Assembly (NCBI GenBank): GCA_016748015.1
Contig: JAAOMT010000777.1
Coordinates: 380,246 to 444,245, forward strand
Length of the DNA stretch: 64,000 nucleotides
DNA from: Geosiphon pyriformis uo1
Lineage: Eukaryota; Fungi; Glomeromycota
Direction: 5' to 3'
Part shown: piece by piece, positions 49,625 through 63,804 of the stretch
Numbering within the stretch: position 1 is the stretch's first letter
Layout of the letters: every line of letters starts with the position of its first letter
Notes under the pieces: generated by a model
What the model saw: only the letters and a program-made list of their open reading frames with translations
Databases searched by the model: none
Told to the model about the DNA's origin: nothing
Translations under genes and position numbers: made by a program

Positions 49625-51595
49625 CTTTTTTATTTATTTATTTAATAAATATAGTCTAACTATTATTTAGTACAAAAAACAAACTAAATAATTTTAATTA
49701 AATATAACTTATATACTTACTATATATGATTAATTACTCAAACCAATTAAGACAACACTACAACTTATATAAATTTTTATATTATTATTAATATCCAAAA
49801 AAAAACAAGCCTTATATAATCCAAAATTAATAACAATAAACTTTATAATACCCAATAATCTAATCATTTCAACTAACAAAAAACTAAACAGATTGCAAAA
49901 AACATTAAATAACATTTTTTTATTATTCATTAAACCACTTTTTTTTATGTTTACTTTAAACTTTAACTTAAATATTCACAATTTACAGTAATATTTTTTA
50001 GCTAAATAACAAATAAAATCAATTATTACTAATACAATTTTCTTTTTATTATCAAAAATTAATACTGTTTTATTAATTTAATTTTTAAAATAAAGTTTTT
50101 ACATAAAATTGTGTAAATACTAATATTCAAAGTTCTTTAAAAAAAGTATACAGTACTAAAGACAACAAAAGTATACAGATTTCAACCAAAGATTTTTACA
50201 ATTTAACATAATTAAGCAAAATTTTAAATTATACAGAAATATTTTTTGAATAGATAAATACATAATTAAACAGTTTAATATTATTACATAACAAACACAA
50301 AATACTCAAATAATTTTTGTTATAAAGTCTTTTTTTAATCACAACAAACAATTTTTTATAAACAGCTTTTATTAAATATGTTCAAAAAACAGCCAAAAAT
50401 TTGTTAATAAATTCAAAATACATATAAAAATTCAGATGCCAAACCAAAACAGTACAAGTCCAATCTATGTTTTAAATAAGTAAGCTATTTACAATTTTTG
50501 CATTAAAATTTGCTTTTCATAGAACATAACAAATTGTTTGATAAATATTGTATACAAAATAATAAGCATTGTTTAACATAACTAAATTATTAGCCAAAAT
50601 AAATTTCTTACAAACTTTAATAAAAAAAGCCAAATAAAACTACATTACAACATATATAAAAGTATTTTCTTAATTATTGTTAATATTATTTAAATGGCTT
50701 TTGACTTTTACTTACTTTACAAAAATATTTTTTGACCTAATCAAATTAACTATATAATAATTTTCTACTTAATACTTGTTTTAAAAGTCAGATTAATTAA
50801 GCTTGAATTCTAAAAAATATATATTAATTACAGTTTAACAGTTTATATGCAAAATTATTAAACAAAAAAAAACACATTCTAATACCAAATCAATTACTTG
50901 TAATTTTGTTATTATTAAAGACAGTAATTCATGCATTTTAACACTTATATTTATTTTAATTTCAAAAAAGTAAGTCATAGCCCCACTAACTATTATTGTA
51001 ATATCCAAGTTTGTTAATAAACTATTGAAATAAATGTTTATTGCTTCTGTTTACAACTTGTATAAATGCTTCCAAATGTTCAAAATTTTCTTGAACTGAA
51101 AAAATTCAAGCAATCAAAGCTAAAAATAGCTTTATCAAATCTAACAAAAAAATTGTTTATGTAAACCAAAGCTTTTTTAAATCACAATACAACACAATTT
51201 TTTCTAATAAATAAAAATTTTTTTAATTCATAATTTGTTTATATTTGTTTAATTACTTGTTTTTAAACATAATATTTTAGTGTTTCAAAAAGCAAATTAT
51301 ACCAAAATAATAAAAATTTCTTAATATTCTGAATATTAAAAAGCAGTTAGTACTATAAAATACACTAAATAAATTATTAACCAAAAAAATTTTGTTATTT
51401 AAAAATGTTTTTACAACATTTGCCAAAAAATTATTTATAAAGCTAATTCTTAATTTAATCAAATATTACAATGAGTTTAAAAGCATCCAATATAAAATCT
51501 GCAAATTTAAAAAATAATATTTAAACAAAGCTTAAAAATTTCTGCTAAATTAGAGAATTTGAATATTAAAGCTATTTTGAATTCTGTTTATACTT
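49625..51595 (-). mobile_element. Heavily decayed LINE 3' half (continues 61367-~61617 beyond Gypsy C)
   Basis: Decayed 3' tail at ~49641-49765; residual ORF2 peptides (RLLGIIKFIVINFG; KLRISFINNFLANVVKTFL) match the intact LINE; homology resumes after 61366. Confidence 0.8.
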
Positions 51596-51870
51596 TGTTA
51601 CGGGATGGTTTTCTTGTTATATTTAATTGCTGATATCCCGCTTTAATTGCAATCAGTCTTTCGTGAGTTCCTCAATTCTATTTGTGTGATAATGTCACTG
51701 TTATACTGAAGGCTTTCTTTTTACTGTTGTGATGNNNNNNNNNNNNNNNNNNNNNNNNNNNNNNNNNNNNNNNNNNNNNNNNNNNNNNNNNNNNNNNNNN
51801 NNNNNNNNNNNNNNNNNNNNNNNNNNNNNNNNNNNNNNNNNNNNNNNNNNNNNNNNNNNNNNNNNNNNNN

Positions 51871-52499
51871 TCATTAAATTCTAAGTTACTATAGTGGTTC
51901 AATACTGTGTTATTAATTTGTTGTTGTAATTCTTGAAATTGCGAGTTGGTAAGTCGTCCAATACTGTTGGTTGTTATTATGTTCATGGTTGGATCCAACA
52001 ATAATTTGTGACAGTTTTCAAATGCTTTGAAAATTCTGTAAACTGTTTTTGAATGGAATGTAGTGTTGGTTTTTCCAATGAAAGGTTTTAATAGTTGGAT
52101 AGTTGTTTTGTCAAACACTCTAGTTGAGTTTTTTGAGTATAATGTTTGTATGTTCAAGTGCTTTCCTAGTTGATAATAACAGTAATTAATTGGAAATTTC
52201 GTTTTCAAGTTGCTAAATGTGTCTGGTGTTAATTCACTTATTTCTATTTCTTCCATTATTAATGTATTGCCCAATGCTATTTCTAATTTTTCAATAACTT
52301 TGCTAATAAATTTGTTGTTATATTTGGCAATATTATATGGTTCGAAATTATGTTCTTTTCTTGTTTTTGGATTTTCTATTGTTCTTTTTATGTATGTTAT
52401 TTTGGAGCTATTAACTGTGATTTCTAGATCGGATTTTAATTGTTGTAAGCTTTCAACTAATTGTTGAGTTATATTGTTGATGTTTTCTGAAATAAGTAT
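51871..52499 (-). pseudogene. ORF3 of element C (env position)
   Basis: Open frame ILISENINNITQQL...IGRLTNSQFQELQQQINNTVLNHY up to the N-gap; start ATA probably a G-to-A mutated ATG; aligns with ORF3 of B. Confidence 0.78.
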
Positions 52500-52586
52500 T
52501 ATTGTTTTAATTTTGACTGTTATTTTGGAATCTTTTGCATGCGTTTTTATGGTTGTTAAATCATTTTTGCTGTGATCTAAGATTAA

Positions 52587-53715
52587 TTATCTTTTCGAAT
52601 AATGTTCAATTAAAACTATTGGTTCTAAATCTCGTGGAATTTGTTCTGGTAGAATTAAAGGTAATTGTGTTCCAATTCTGGGTGTTTTTGTTGTTATTAC
52701 TGGTTTACTGTAATAGAATTTCAGCCGGTTACCATGTGCTGCTTTTCTTAATATTTTATCATCTAGTCTTAGCTTGTATGCTCCATTTCCAAGTATTTCG
52801 TGAATATAAAATGGTCCATCCCACTTGTGATCAAATTTTCCACTCCACTGTTTTTCCATTTTNNNNNNNNNNNNNNNNNNNNGTGAATTGTGTAGTATCT
52901 TGTTTTACTGTTCTATATGCTAGTAGTACTGCTGGTATGAACAAATCTTATTCTTTTTCATGTTCGTTACTAATTTTCACCAGTGATTCACATAATGTGT
53001 GATTAAATCTTTCAACTAATCTATTTGTTTGAGGGTGGTATGGTGATGACAGTGGTCACTTGATTCCAAATTTTTGGCTAAGTTCTTTTAAGGTGCTGTT
53101 TACGAAGTGTGTGCCTTGATCTGATAGCAATTCTTGTGGACATCTATGTCAGCAAATTAAGTCTTCATGTATGAATTGAGCTACAGAAATAATATCAGCT
53201 GTTTTAATAGCTCTAGCTTTTGGCCATTTGGTGAGATAGTCTATGGCTACTGCAATATAATAGTTGTTTCTTGTTGTTATTGGTAAGGGTCCAACTAAAT
53301 CAATTCCGATTCTGTTAAATAACTGTCCAACTTTTATTGGTCTTAATAATTCCGTTGTTTTTGCTCCTCCTCTTCGTTGGCATGGGTCACAATTTCTTAT
53401 GTATTGGATTATGTCTGAACTCATTTTTGGCCAATAGTAACGGCTAGTTGCATGTTGGATGGTTGCTGTTTTTCCAAAGTGGCCTGAATAAATATCTGAG
53501 TGCATGTTAAATAAGATAGTTTCTTTTTCATCCGTGGTTATAACTCTTAATGGATTATCTGGATTTTGTTGATTCTGGTAATAAAGTATGTGATTTTGGA
53601 TGAAATAGTGTTTTGCTAATTTTTGGAGCTTAATTAGCTCTTTTACTGGCATTTCTTCATCTATTTGTAGTGTTTCCAAGTATTGGCTGAGGTTTTTGTA
53701 AATGTAGTTGTTCAT
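52587..53715 (-). pseudogene. Integrase of element C (separate ORF; partly duplicated at 54126-55126)
   Basis: ATG 53715 MNNYIYKNL; HHCC, GIDLVGP, KWDGPFYIHEILGNGAYKL. Confidence 0.88.
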
Positions 53716-53744
53716 TGTTGTTGTGGTGGGTGGATTGGTGATTT

Positions 53745-56700
53745 TTATGTGTGTCTCATTCTTGACAAACAGTTGGCATTAGCATTTTTGGTACCTTCTT
53801 TGTATTTGATAATATAATCATATGGTACTAACATTTGTGACCATCTGGCGTATTTTCTTTTTAGCGCTTTCTTGTTATTTAACCAGACCAGACCTCTATG
53901 ATCTGTCATAATCTCAAAGGGTTGGTACCGTAAATATGTGTCAAAGTGAACACAACTCCAGACTACTGCTAAGCATTCAAGTTCATGTGCTGCGTAGTTT
54001 TGTTCTGCCGTACTGAGACTTCTGCTGGCATAAGCGATTACACGTTCTCTTCCATTATCATTTTTTTGTGACAGAATGGCTCCAAGTCCAGTTCCAGAGG
54101 CATCTNNNNNNNNNNNNNNNNNNNNATACTTTATCTCCAATTTTGTAGCTAATTATATTATCTGGTAACTGGTTATCATGTCTCACTTTTTGTTGTTCTT
54201 GTGATTGTTCAATATTTTGTGCTGCTTTTCTTCTTTTGTTTTCTAAAGTTCCCATTAATTCGTATGTTCTTCTAAGTAGTGTTTCCTGGAATGTTGCTTC
54301 CATGATAGTGTCACTTGGATAAGTTGGGATAGTAAGTTCAACGGGTAATGTGGCTTTTCTTCCATAAACTAGTTCAAACGATGTGAATTGTGTAGTATCT
54401 TGTTTTACTGTTCTATATGCTAGTAGTACTGCTGGTATGAACAAATCTTATTCTTTTTCATGTTCGTTACTAATTTTCACCAGTGATTCACATAATGTGT
54501 GATTAAATCTTTCAACTAATCTATTTGTTTGAGGGTGGTATGGTGATGACAGTGGTCACTTGATTCCAAATTTTTGGCTAAGTTCTTTTAAGGTGCTGTT
54601 TACGAAGTGTGTGCCTTGATCTGATAGCAATTCTTGTGGACATCTATGTCAGCAAATTAAGTCTTCATGTACGAATTGAGCTACAGAAATAGCATCAGCT
54701 GTTTTAATAGCTCTAGCTTCTGGCCATTTGGTGAGATAGTCCATGGCTACTGCAATATAATGGTTGTTTCTTGTTGTTATTGGTAAGGGTCCAACTAAAT
54801 CAATTCCGATTCTGTCAAATGACTGTCCAACTTTTATTGGTCTTAATAATTCCGTTGTTTTTGCTCCTCCTTTTCGTTGGCATGGGTCACAATTTCTTAT
54901 GTATTGGATTATGTCTGAGCTCATTTTTGGCCAATAGTAACGGCTAGTTGCATGTTGGATGGTTGCTGTTTTTCCAAAGTGGCCTGAATGAATATCTGAG
55001 TGCATGTTAAATAAGATAGTTTCTTTTTCATCCGTGGTTATAACTCTTAATGGATTATCTGGATTTTGTTGATTCTGGTAATAAAGTATGTGATTTTGGA
55101 TGAAGTAGTGTTTTGCTAATTTTTGGNNNNNNNNNNNNNNNNNNNNAGTGAACACAACTCCAGACTACTGCTAAGCATTCAAGTTCATGTGCTGCGTAGT
55201 TTTGTTCTGCCGTACTGAGACTTCTGCTGGCATAAGCGATTACACGTTCTCTTCCATTATCATTTTTTTGTGACAGAATGGCTCCAAGTCCAGTTCCAGA
55301 GGCATCTGTGGCCAAAATGAATTTCTTGTTGAAATTCAGATAGATCATTATTGGTGATTCAATGAGCTTTTGTCTAAGGTACTCAAAAGCTTTTTGTTGT
55401 GCTTCAGTCCATTCAAACTTCACATTTTTAGATAGTAGGTAATTAAGGAGTTTGGCGANNNNNNNNNNNNNNNNNNNNAAAAACTTGTTGTAAATGTTGG
55501 AGATGATCTGTGAATTTTGACGAGAAAACATTTGTATCATCCAAGTAGACAACAACGGATTGCCACAGGATTCCAGAGTAAATTACATCTATTAGTCTTT
55601 GGAATGTCATGGGAGCATTTGTTAATCCAAATGGCATTACATTGAACTCATAATTGCTATTTTGTGTTGTGAATGCTGTTTTATGCCTGTCCTTTGGGTC
55701 CATTTCCACTTGCCAGTACCCACTGGTCAAGTCCAGTGTAGAAAACCATTTTGCTCCTCCAAAAACGTCGAAAATTTTGTCAATTAACAGTATTGGGTAT
55801 GAGTCTTTGGTTGTTTTCCTGTTTAGTTTGCGATAGTCAACGCAAAATCTAATTTTTCCGTTCTTTTTCTTTACTAAAACAACTGGTGAGGACCATGGAC
55901 TCATTGATGGTTGTATTATTCCTTTTTCCAACATGCTTTGGACTTCTTCTCTGATAAAATTATGCTCCATTGGTGGGACACAGTAAGTGCATTGTTTTTC
56001 AGGTCTGGCGTCTCCAGTAGAGATTTGGTGTTAAACCAAGTTGGTTCTTCCAAATTTGCCATTTCTTGAAAATATATCAGAGTATTTTAAAATTAATGCT
56101 TTTAATTGTTGCTGTTGGTCAGGATCCATTGTTCCAATGTTTAATTTGGCCAATTCTTCTGGCGTAAATTGATAGCATTCTACCGGTTGTTGCCAATTTA
56201 TTGAAGTGAGTTCACAGTAGAGGGTGATTTCTGGGAAATTTAGAATTTCTTGTGGTGTTAACGCGTTTTCTAGCTCCGTTCCGAGGTATCCAATGATGGT
56301 ATCTTCCGGAATGTAGACAGGTTCTTCTGTGGTGTTTGCAATAGGAATTTTTATCTATTGAGCTTTATCAGCTGGAATAAAAAGATTAGTAAGTCTTATG
56401 AGAAACTGTTGGCAAGTTTCTGGGTAGGACTCAAATATTAGGTCTTTTTCTTTAATTGTCCTTTTTATTCTTATTTCTGATTTTCCATATGGTAGGAGCA
56501 TAATGGACTACTCATTTTTAATTACTTCACCTTTTTCCTCTATTATTTCAGCGAAATTCACTTCAATTCCTTTTCCTGTTGATCTGAAACCAAAAGTTCC
56601 TCTCATTGTTTGTAACAATTCCTCACGATTTTCCACTGGCACAAATTTCCCAATTTTTACCAATGGTAGGAAAATTGTTTGTGCAATCTTTTCCTTAGAT

Positions 56701-59700
56701 TCAATGATATAAGGCTTTTCTGAATTGTTCTGTAGCAAAACCATCAAATTTCCAGTGTATCCGGAGTTAATTACTCCTCCTTGAATGCTTATTCCTTTTT
56801 TTGCAAGGCTTGATCACGATGCCATTTGAATCATTATTCCTGGCGGAATTTCAACCACTATTTTTAGGTCGATTTTGGTGATGCTCCTGGGTGGTAACAT
56901 TGTGGATTGGTCTTCCGAATAACATAGATCGAATCTGGCATCAGTTGGATGGGCTCTTTTAGGTATTATTCCTAAGTGCCTGTTGTCGAAGTATCAGATG
57001 TCGGTCACCTGTTCTAGGTTGGTATAGGCTACAAATTTTTCTGACTCAGAACCATCAGGTGAGTCTTGTTGATTTATTGATTGATTTTGAGACTGCTGAT
57101 TCTCAATTTCCATTTTTCTTTCTAAGTCCCTTTCATCTTGACACTCTTCACAGCACTGATTTTGGCATGGGATGAGACAGTTTTCGCAGAGGTAAGTGTT
57201 GATTTGGGCGAGGTATTGTTCTTGCTCTTGTCGAGTGAGGCATAGTTGTTGGTAGTAGTCCTGGAATTCATCCACTGGGTCGAACATGTTGTAGCTGGTG
57301 ACTTCGTTGGCTACTTCGGCTGACTCTTTCCAACGTCGTATTTCTTCGGCAGTTCCTCCTCTTACTTTGGCTTGTGCAGTGTTGTACAACTCGTCCTCGT
57401 CGTGTGGGTAGTGTTGTAGTCTTTTTAACGCTCTGTTGAATGCTGCTTTGAACGGCGTTCCTCTTCTTACCCAGTCACAGATGAGGATCGTGTATTGGCA
57501 AGTTGCATCACACGTTCCTCCTCTGTCTGGTAAGTCATTCCAGTTGCACCCTCTTGGTAATAGTTCTCCACAAGCGAGGCATGGTTCCTCGTCCCATTTT
57601 CCGTGTCTTTCTGGGTAACCGTATTTTTCTTTGTTACAACGGTTACAATAGTAGTGGGTGGGGTTTCTTGGGTCTTTGTCTGGTGTGCTGCATGCAGTCA
57701 TAGACGAGAGTTTCTTCTTGCAAACCAAGCATTCTAGCTTTGGTCTGCGTCGCTGGTGGTTTCTTTGTGAACTTACCTGGTTCCATTTGGATCTTTCTTT
57801 GCTGGTCCACGTTGGTACAGCTGGTAGTCCTGTTCTTTGGTCATCAGCTCAAGAGAGCTGATAGGTTTCGATGGCTGGTAGTGCTGGATTTTCCTCAAAT
57901 TCGAAGGTAGGTCTTTGGTTGGTGCTGGGTTTTTGGAAGTGGCCACAGGTGGCTGGAATTTTGGCCTGGTGGCCATTATAATTGATCAGAAGCTTTTGGG
58001 TGGTCCAGTCTAGGGTGGCATTGGCTTTTGTTAGCCAGTCATTCCCTACTAACGCTTGATATTGTGTAGCATCCATTACTAATACTTTTGTAGGTATTAC
58101 TATGCCATTAATTTCGAAAGGAAATGAGTCAATTTCGCCATAAGGCAGCTTTGTACTTCCATCGGCTGTTATGATTTGGGACGTCGCAGCACGATCAACT
58201 TTGAAACCCAGTTGGTTTACTAGTTGAAGTGTTACGATGCTTCCAGCGGATCCGCTGTTTAAGATAAGTTTGATTGAGGTATTGTTTACAGTGGCTTCTG
58301 TATACATAGCAGTGATTGGGCGTTTTTCATCCAATGCTGCTCCACTGAACATAGCCTCATTTTCCTCTAATTCAAAAGGAAAAATAGCTGCGAGGCTGCT
58401 ATCTTCGGTGGCAACTGCTGGTGGTATTGTCTGGCTCAATTTGGAGGAATTCTTGGTTCTGTTTATGTTTCTACCATCATTGTTTCCAATGATCAGGTTT
58501 TCCAGTATATTAAGGTAAGTTTGTTGATAATTTTGGTAGTTTGGATTGGTTTGCTGATTGGTTCCGGCACAGTTTGGATTCCTCTGGACCAATGCGTTCT
58601 GGTTCTATATGGGCTGATTTCGGGCCTCAGGATGCCAATTCGGATTGGCTATCATGGGCTGTTGCTGGTAAGCTTCTTGATTTTGATACGTGGTGGGATA
58701 TTGGCGTGGTATTGGCATGTACGGGTTTCTGGGCATTTGGGGTGGCGCGTAGTAATTATTTTCGCGTGCTTCCTGCATCATTCGCGTTCGACATTGACTA
58801 ATCAAATGTTCTACATGTTTGCAAAAATGGCAGGCGCGTGTTTTTGTTCTGAATTCCTGGCACGACGAGTGATTATTTCGACTGTCGCTGACTTCCTGGC
58901 TGCATCTTTGGGGTGGTTGGTATGTATTTTTTCTCGGATCCGGGATGAGGTAACTTTCTATTTTCTTAGAGAGTTCCTCCCCTAATCGCATTACTCTTTT
59001 CTCTAATGTTTCTGTCTTATTTTCCTCCATTACCATGTTAACCATTTGACTATGGTTAGCTTCTTTCTTAGCTGATTCAAGGGCTCTGGCAAGCGTAACA
59101 GCTTCTGGTAAGGAATTAGGGTGGGCAGGGCGTACTCTTCCTAAAATGCTGCTTTTTAATCCTCTAATAAACTGATTTAAAACCTGAGGATCAGTGTAGT
59201 ATCCTTGTTTAATTGCTTCAATCTGACGGCGAATTCGATTGAATCGAGCAAAGTATTGGGTGACAGTTTCACTGGTATTTTGCTTGATAGTATTGAATTC
59301 GTTCTGTAGTTGGATTATGGCGTTTGGGTCGCTAAAATACTCCAGGAGTGCATTTTTAAATTTGGCGAAGCTTGTGGGTTTTGTTTCCAGGCTTTGATAC
59401 CACGAGTCAGCTGTGCCTTTCAGGAAGAAAGATAATGTTTGAATTGCTCTTTGGTCGTTCCAGTTATTTGCCTAGATGACTTTTTGTGCTTTTTTGAGCC
59501 ATGTGTGCACGTCCGTTTCTTCTTCCTCTTCTGAGAAATCTGTTAGTCTTGCAATGTATGGTGTGGTCATTTCGTTGCCATTTTCTGCTGGTGGATTTAT
59601 TGGTCTAAGAGGAGGTGGAATGATATTTCTTTGAACATTCCTAAAGGTGGCTTCCTTTATATCCAGTTCTTTCTCTTGATCATGAATTTCTTGGTTTCTG

Positions 59701-60449
59701 GACTGGCTGCTTGTTTCAGTGACTGGTTTTGTGATTGTTTTTTCACTGGTCTCTTTTTCGGATTCCGATTCAGACTTCTCTTCATGGTTTTCAAATCCCG
59801 TTCTAAATTTTGGCTGAAAAAGAGGGTTTTGGAATAGTGATGAATATCCTCCTGTAATTGGTATGTCTCCCCAGTTACGTTGTTTAATTTTATCAATATA
59901 ACTAGGAGTTTTTGGCATTTGTGAAGTTGATGTTGATGATGATGCAGCTCCTAATGGAATTTGTATCTTATTTTCTGGTGAAAAATGGTATGATTTATCT
60001 TCTAGTGAATAAATACATTGTTTCTTTATTGATTGAGTGACAGTTTTCTTTGGCGTTTGAGCTGGTGTTCCTAGTTTTTGCTGGTTACTTTCCTGATTAG
60101 TTTCTAAATTTTTTTTGGTTTTGTTGGCGCATTCCCTAGTGTTTTCTGTGGATATTGGAAAATTTTCGTTGGCGTATTGCTCAATTTCTCGATGGATTTT
60201 GACAATAGTTGCGGCTATTACTGCTACTTCTTTTGTAGTGTATTGTGATAATTCTCTATACAATCCAAGTTTTGCATCGTGTGGTTCTTCTTCCTTTCCT
60301 ATATGATAATTTATTCTGGTGTTGATATAATAAGTGAGGGCAGATTCTGCTGAACAACACCCTTCTGGTAATCCAAGATCACTTTGATTTTGTGTGTAAA
60401 TAGCACAGCAGAATTCAAGAACAGTAAGATTAGGGGTTTTTGTCGCCAC
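53745..60449 (-). pseudogene. Gag-PR-Cys-rich-dUTPase-RT-RNaseH polyprotein of element C
   Basis: Fragments 60449, 59045, 58592, 57728, 56747 and 55970 share one frame; CHFCKHVEHLISQC knuckle; dUTPase ~56575-56995; VVYLDD; ends CLSRMRHT*. Segment 54100-55480 is scrambled by gaps. Confidence 0.88.
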
Positions 60450-60531
60450 TTTTGTCTTTTCCTTTTTAGCAATGAATTATTGCTAATTATTATTTCCTTT
60501 TTGATTTTCTTTCCTCGTAAGATTCACCAAA

Positions 60532-61366
60532 TGTTACGGGATGATTTTCTTGTTATATTTAATTGCTGATATCCCGCTTTAATTGCAATCAGTCTTTTGT
60601 GAGTTCCTCAATTCTATTTGTGTAATAATGTCACTGTTACACTGAAGGCTTTCTTTTTACTGTTGTGATGTAAGTTATTCTTTAATTCTTGATTGTTGTG
60701 TGTGTTTATGTACTCCTTCTCAGAGGCTGAACTGAAATCTACCCACTGNNNNNNNNNNNNNNNNNNNNTCTAGAAACACAGAATGTTAATGGTCTTTAGC
60801 ACTTTTCTAATTCTCACAATAAAGCTTTTATCAATTAGTAACAACATGAATAATCTTGATCAAGAATTATTCTTCCAAGGGATTCAGTTGATGAATGATA
60901 GTTTCATTCAATAAATAATACAAGTAAGTTTCTTAATACTTTGGGTTGTGATAGTTCCGTTTTAAATATTCTTTTTCATTTCTTTTTGATTTTTAAAGGT
61001 TTTTTGAGATATTTAATTTGAAAGTATGATTTAAAGTGGAGTTTGTTGGATAAAATTGGATCTGTTGCTTGATAAGTTATGATTTTTATTACTTGATTGA
61101 TTATTTCCCAATATTAAAACTATTGTATATATACATGTTTGTAGTTCTATGAGAAAATACTTTCTTTTTGATATTTCAACCTGGTGTTTGCTGCTATCAC
61201 CAGTTGGTGTTGGCTGCTATTGTGAACTGGTGCTTGCCACTATCGCAAGATGGTGTTTACTACTATGTTAATCATTACCTTTCTAAGATTATTACTGTGC
61301 TATATTATGATTGAATAGTTTGTATTATTTTTATGATTCTTTTTGCTAAATTCTTAAACTGTAACA
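60532..61366 (-). repeat. 5' LTR of element C
   Basis: Matches 51596-51734 (3' LTR, cut by gap); TGTTAC...GTAACA ends. Confidence 0.9.
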
Positions 61367-61617
61367 ACTTGTTTAAAAAAAACCAATTTATGCAGAAATA
61401 AATAGTGCAAAGTCTTATTAAAAAAGTTTTTTGGCAAATTAGTCTTATATTTAAGTTTTTTTTTATTAAAACATTTTATTTTCAATATGTAATCTTAAAA
61501 ATAAAGCTAAATTGTATACAGTAATTAATTATAGATTGTAAAATCACTAAAACTAAATAAAAAAATTGTTTGTTTAACAAAGTTTTTTTAAGAACCATTT
61601 TTGAAAAAAACTTAATA

Positions 61618-63790
61618 CAGTGAACTTTCTCTATAGTCCCTTTGGTTATAGTTACTATCTTCTTATAATCATATTTTTTTAAAAACCAAAACCATTTATA
61701 TATAATATTATCTTCTTATAGTCATTTTTACTATATATATCTCCTTATAGTCCCTATTTCCACAAATATGATAGCAAAATATAAGTAATTTTTACTCTCT
61801 ATAGTCACATTATAATCATATAATATTAGATATGAACATTAGATGTTATCTCATATTTAATCAGACATATACAGTCAGAAAAATTTCCCAATTTGTCAAT
61901 AGAAATTATTTTTTTTATGATAGTAAAAAAAATTAGAAAAGTTTCTAAAAATAATTGTAGAACACTAAACAAAATTTCTGAAATATTACAACATTCAATT
62001 ACTTTTCTTTATAAGCTGTCACTGCCATCAGAAGACAATGACAGAACTATTATATTTGGCTTGTTGTTTGTAAGTATTATGAAAGTTTTAATAATAGTTG
62101 ACATATGATACAGTACTGCTGCTCTTGGTGCTTTGGAGACTGGTGATACTTCAGAAGCTGGTAGTGCTTTGGAGGCTGTTGCTGCAGGTATCGATGAAGT
62201 TACTCTGGATTAAACTTTGACTAACAAGATTACTTTTTCTCTGTATTAGAAGAAGGAATTAACAGACCTACAAACAAGAATAATGGCCCAATGGGATCTT
62301 CTAGGAACAAGTTTGTTAATGGGACATTGTTCAAGCAAATTAACTGGAAATGAAGTTCAAATTTACCTTTTCTTAGGAAAAAAAATGTGACCAGTAATAA
62401 AACTCAGAGCATGAGGATTCCAATATATACCCAATAAATACATTTTCACACCAACTTTGGCATTTACAATTAAAAAAGGGCTCCATACTAGCAATCATAT
62501 TCATTATTCAACCAATATTTAGTATTAGTGAGCAAAAGTTTGATTGATAATTTTAAAGATGTATTAAAAATCAACTTTTTTGGGGCAAATAAATCTGTGT
62601 TAAATGCTTTTTATAATCCAAACATAATCACACAGAATAGAGATTCGGACCTAGACTCAACATATTATGTTTTAAAAATGCCAATTATAAATAGTAATAT
62701 ATCCAATCCAAGATAAACAAAACTGTATACAATACAATATATTTCTAATTTCTTGAAGGATATTTATTAGGCTGTTACATAATTAACTTGATAAGCTTTG
62801 AAAACATGATCACTTAAAAGAGGTATTAGAGAGTTAATAATAGGTAATAGTTGTGATTTTATTAACAGATTTATATTTTTTAATAATCTGCTTTTTCACT
62901 TGTTACTGGAATTAGTTTCCAAGTACCTAACAATGTTTTCTTAATTCGCCTTGCTTTAAAAAAATCTATTCTTTTCATCCATGTAATTTTACTGAATTTT
63001 TTCATTTCTTTACTTAATATCCATTCATGGCCAATATCATAAAAAACATAATTAAAGACATTTGGATTTACAAACTGTGTCTTTCTTATCTGAATTCGAA
63101 ATCAATTTGATTTAGCAATAAAACTAAGACATGTATAAGACCTATATATTTTACTTTTAAAATATCCAATAACATTAAAGAGATTAGTATGCAATCTCTC
63201 AAATTTGATACAGTTATGCATTGCAATTTTCCAATGCTGTTGTGAAGGTGTAGAAAAAATTAACGATTTGAGTGTTTTGTTAATTTCTTCAAGTATTGCA
63301 TCATGGCCTTGATATTGATTTGAAAGTTTAGATTGAGAAATTACAATTCTTTTTTGAATCAGCTTGCAAACTTCAGGCTTTAATTATAACTATTATTCTT
63401 CATCAGCAATTTCAATTAATTGGTAAATAGAATGGCACTGAGCAAACCAAATTGGTGCAAACATTTGTTTAGCCACAAGTCTTAATGAAGACTTATTGAA
63501 ACAAACTCCAGTGTGAAAGTTAATAATTGCTTGTAAATAAAAAAAAACTTGTTCATATTTTAACCTGAATGTGGGATCTGTTTCATTTTGGGCCCATTCT
63601 AAGTAACTTTTAACAAATGAATTTTTCTTAAAAACAACATATGGTCACATTAATTCAGAAGCCATTGCATGTCTATATATATTACATATCAAATTCTATG
63701 ACTTATGATGATCAGAACATTTTTTAAAAAACTACAGTTGACTTTTACTCCAATATCCCTAACATTGTGCAAAGTATTTTATATTGATAT
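61618..63790 (-). mobile_element. Putative DNA transposon relic (terminus plus degenerate transposase-like frame)
   Basis: TA|CAGTGAACTTTCTCTATAGTCCC end with five CTATAGTC-like subterminal repeats (61628-61808); stop-riddled frame ~63190-63790 (..FKKCSDHHKS..APIWFAQCHSIYQLIE..QGHDAILEEINK..). Superfamily not assigned. Confidence 0.5.
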
Positions 63791-63804
63791 TCTAATTAAT
63801 ATAG

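Larger units (their letters stand above)
51596..61366 (-). mobile_element. Ty3/Gypsy LTR retrotransposon C (divergent family, same architecture as A/B; gapped assembly)
   Basis: LTR ends TGTTACGGG at 51596 and 60532; outer end CTGTAACA at 61366; TSD ACTT at 51592-51595 and 61367-61370; PBS TTTGGTGAATCTTACGAGG. Confidence 0.93.

Noticed and set aside
52863-55478. Doubled integrase and RNase H segments in element C
   Set aside because: Each block is bounded by N-gaps, so it is most likely a scaffolding artefact. A few substitutions between copies mean collapsed paralogues or a tandem cannot be fully excluded.
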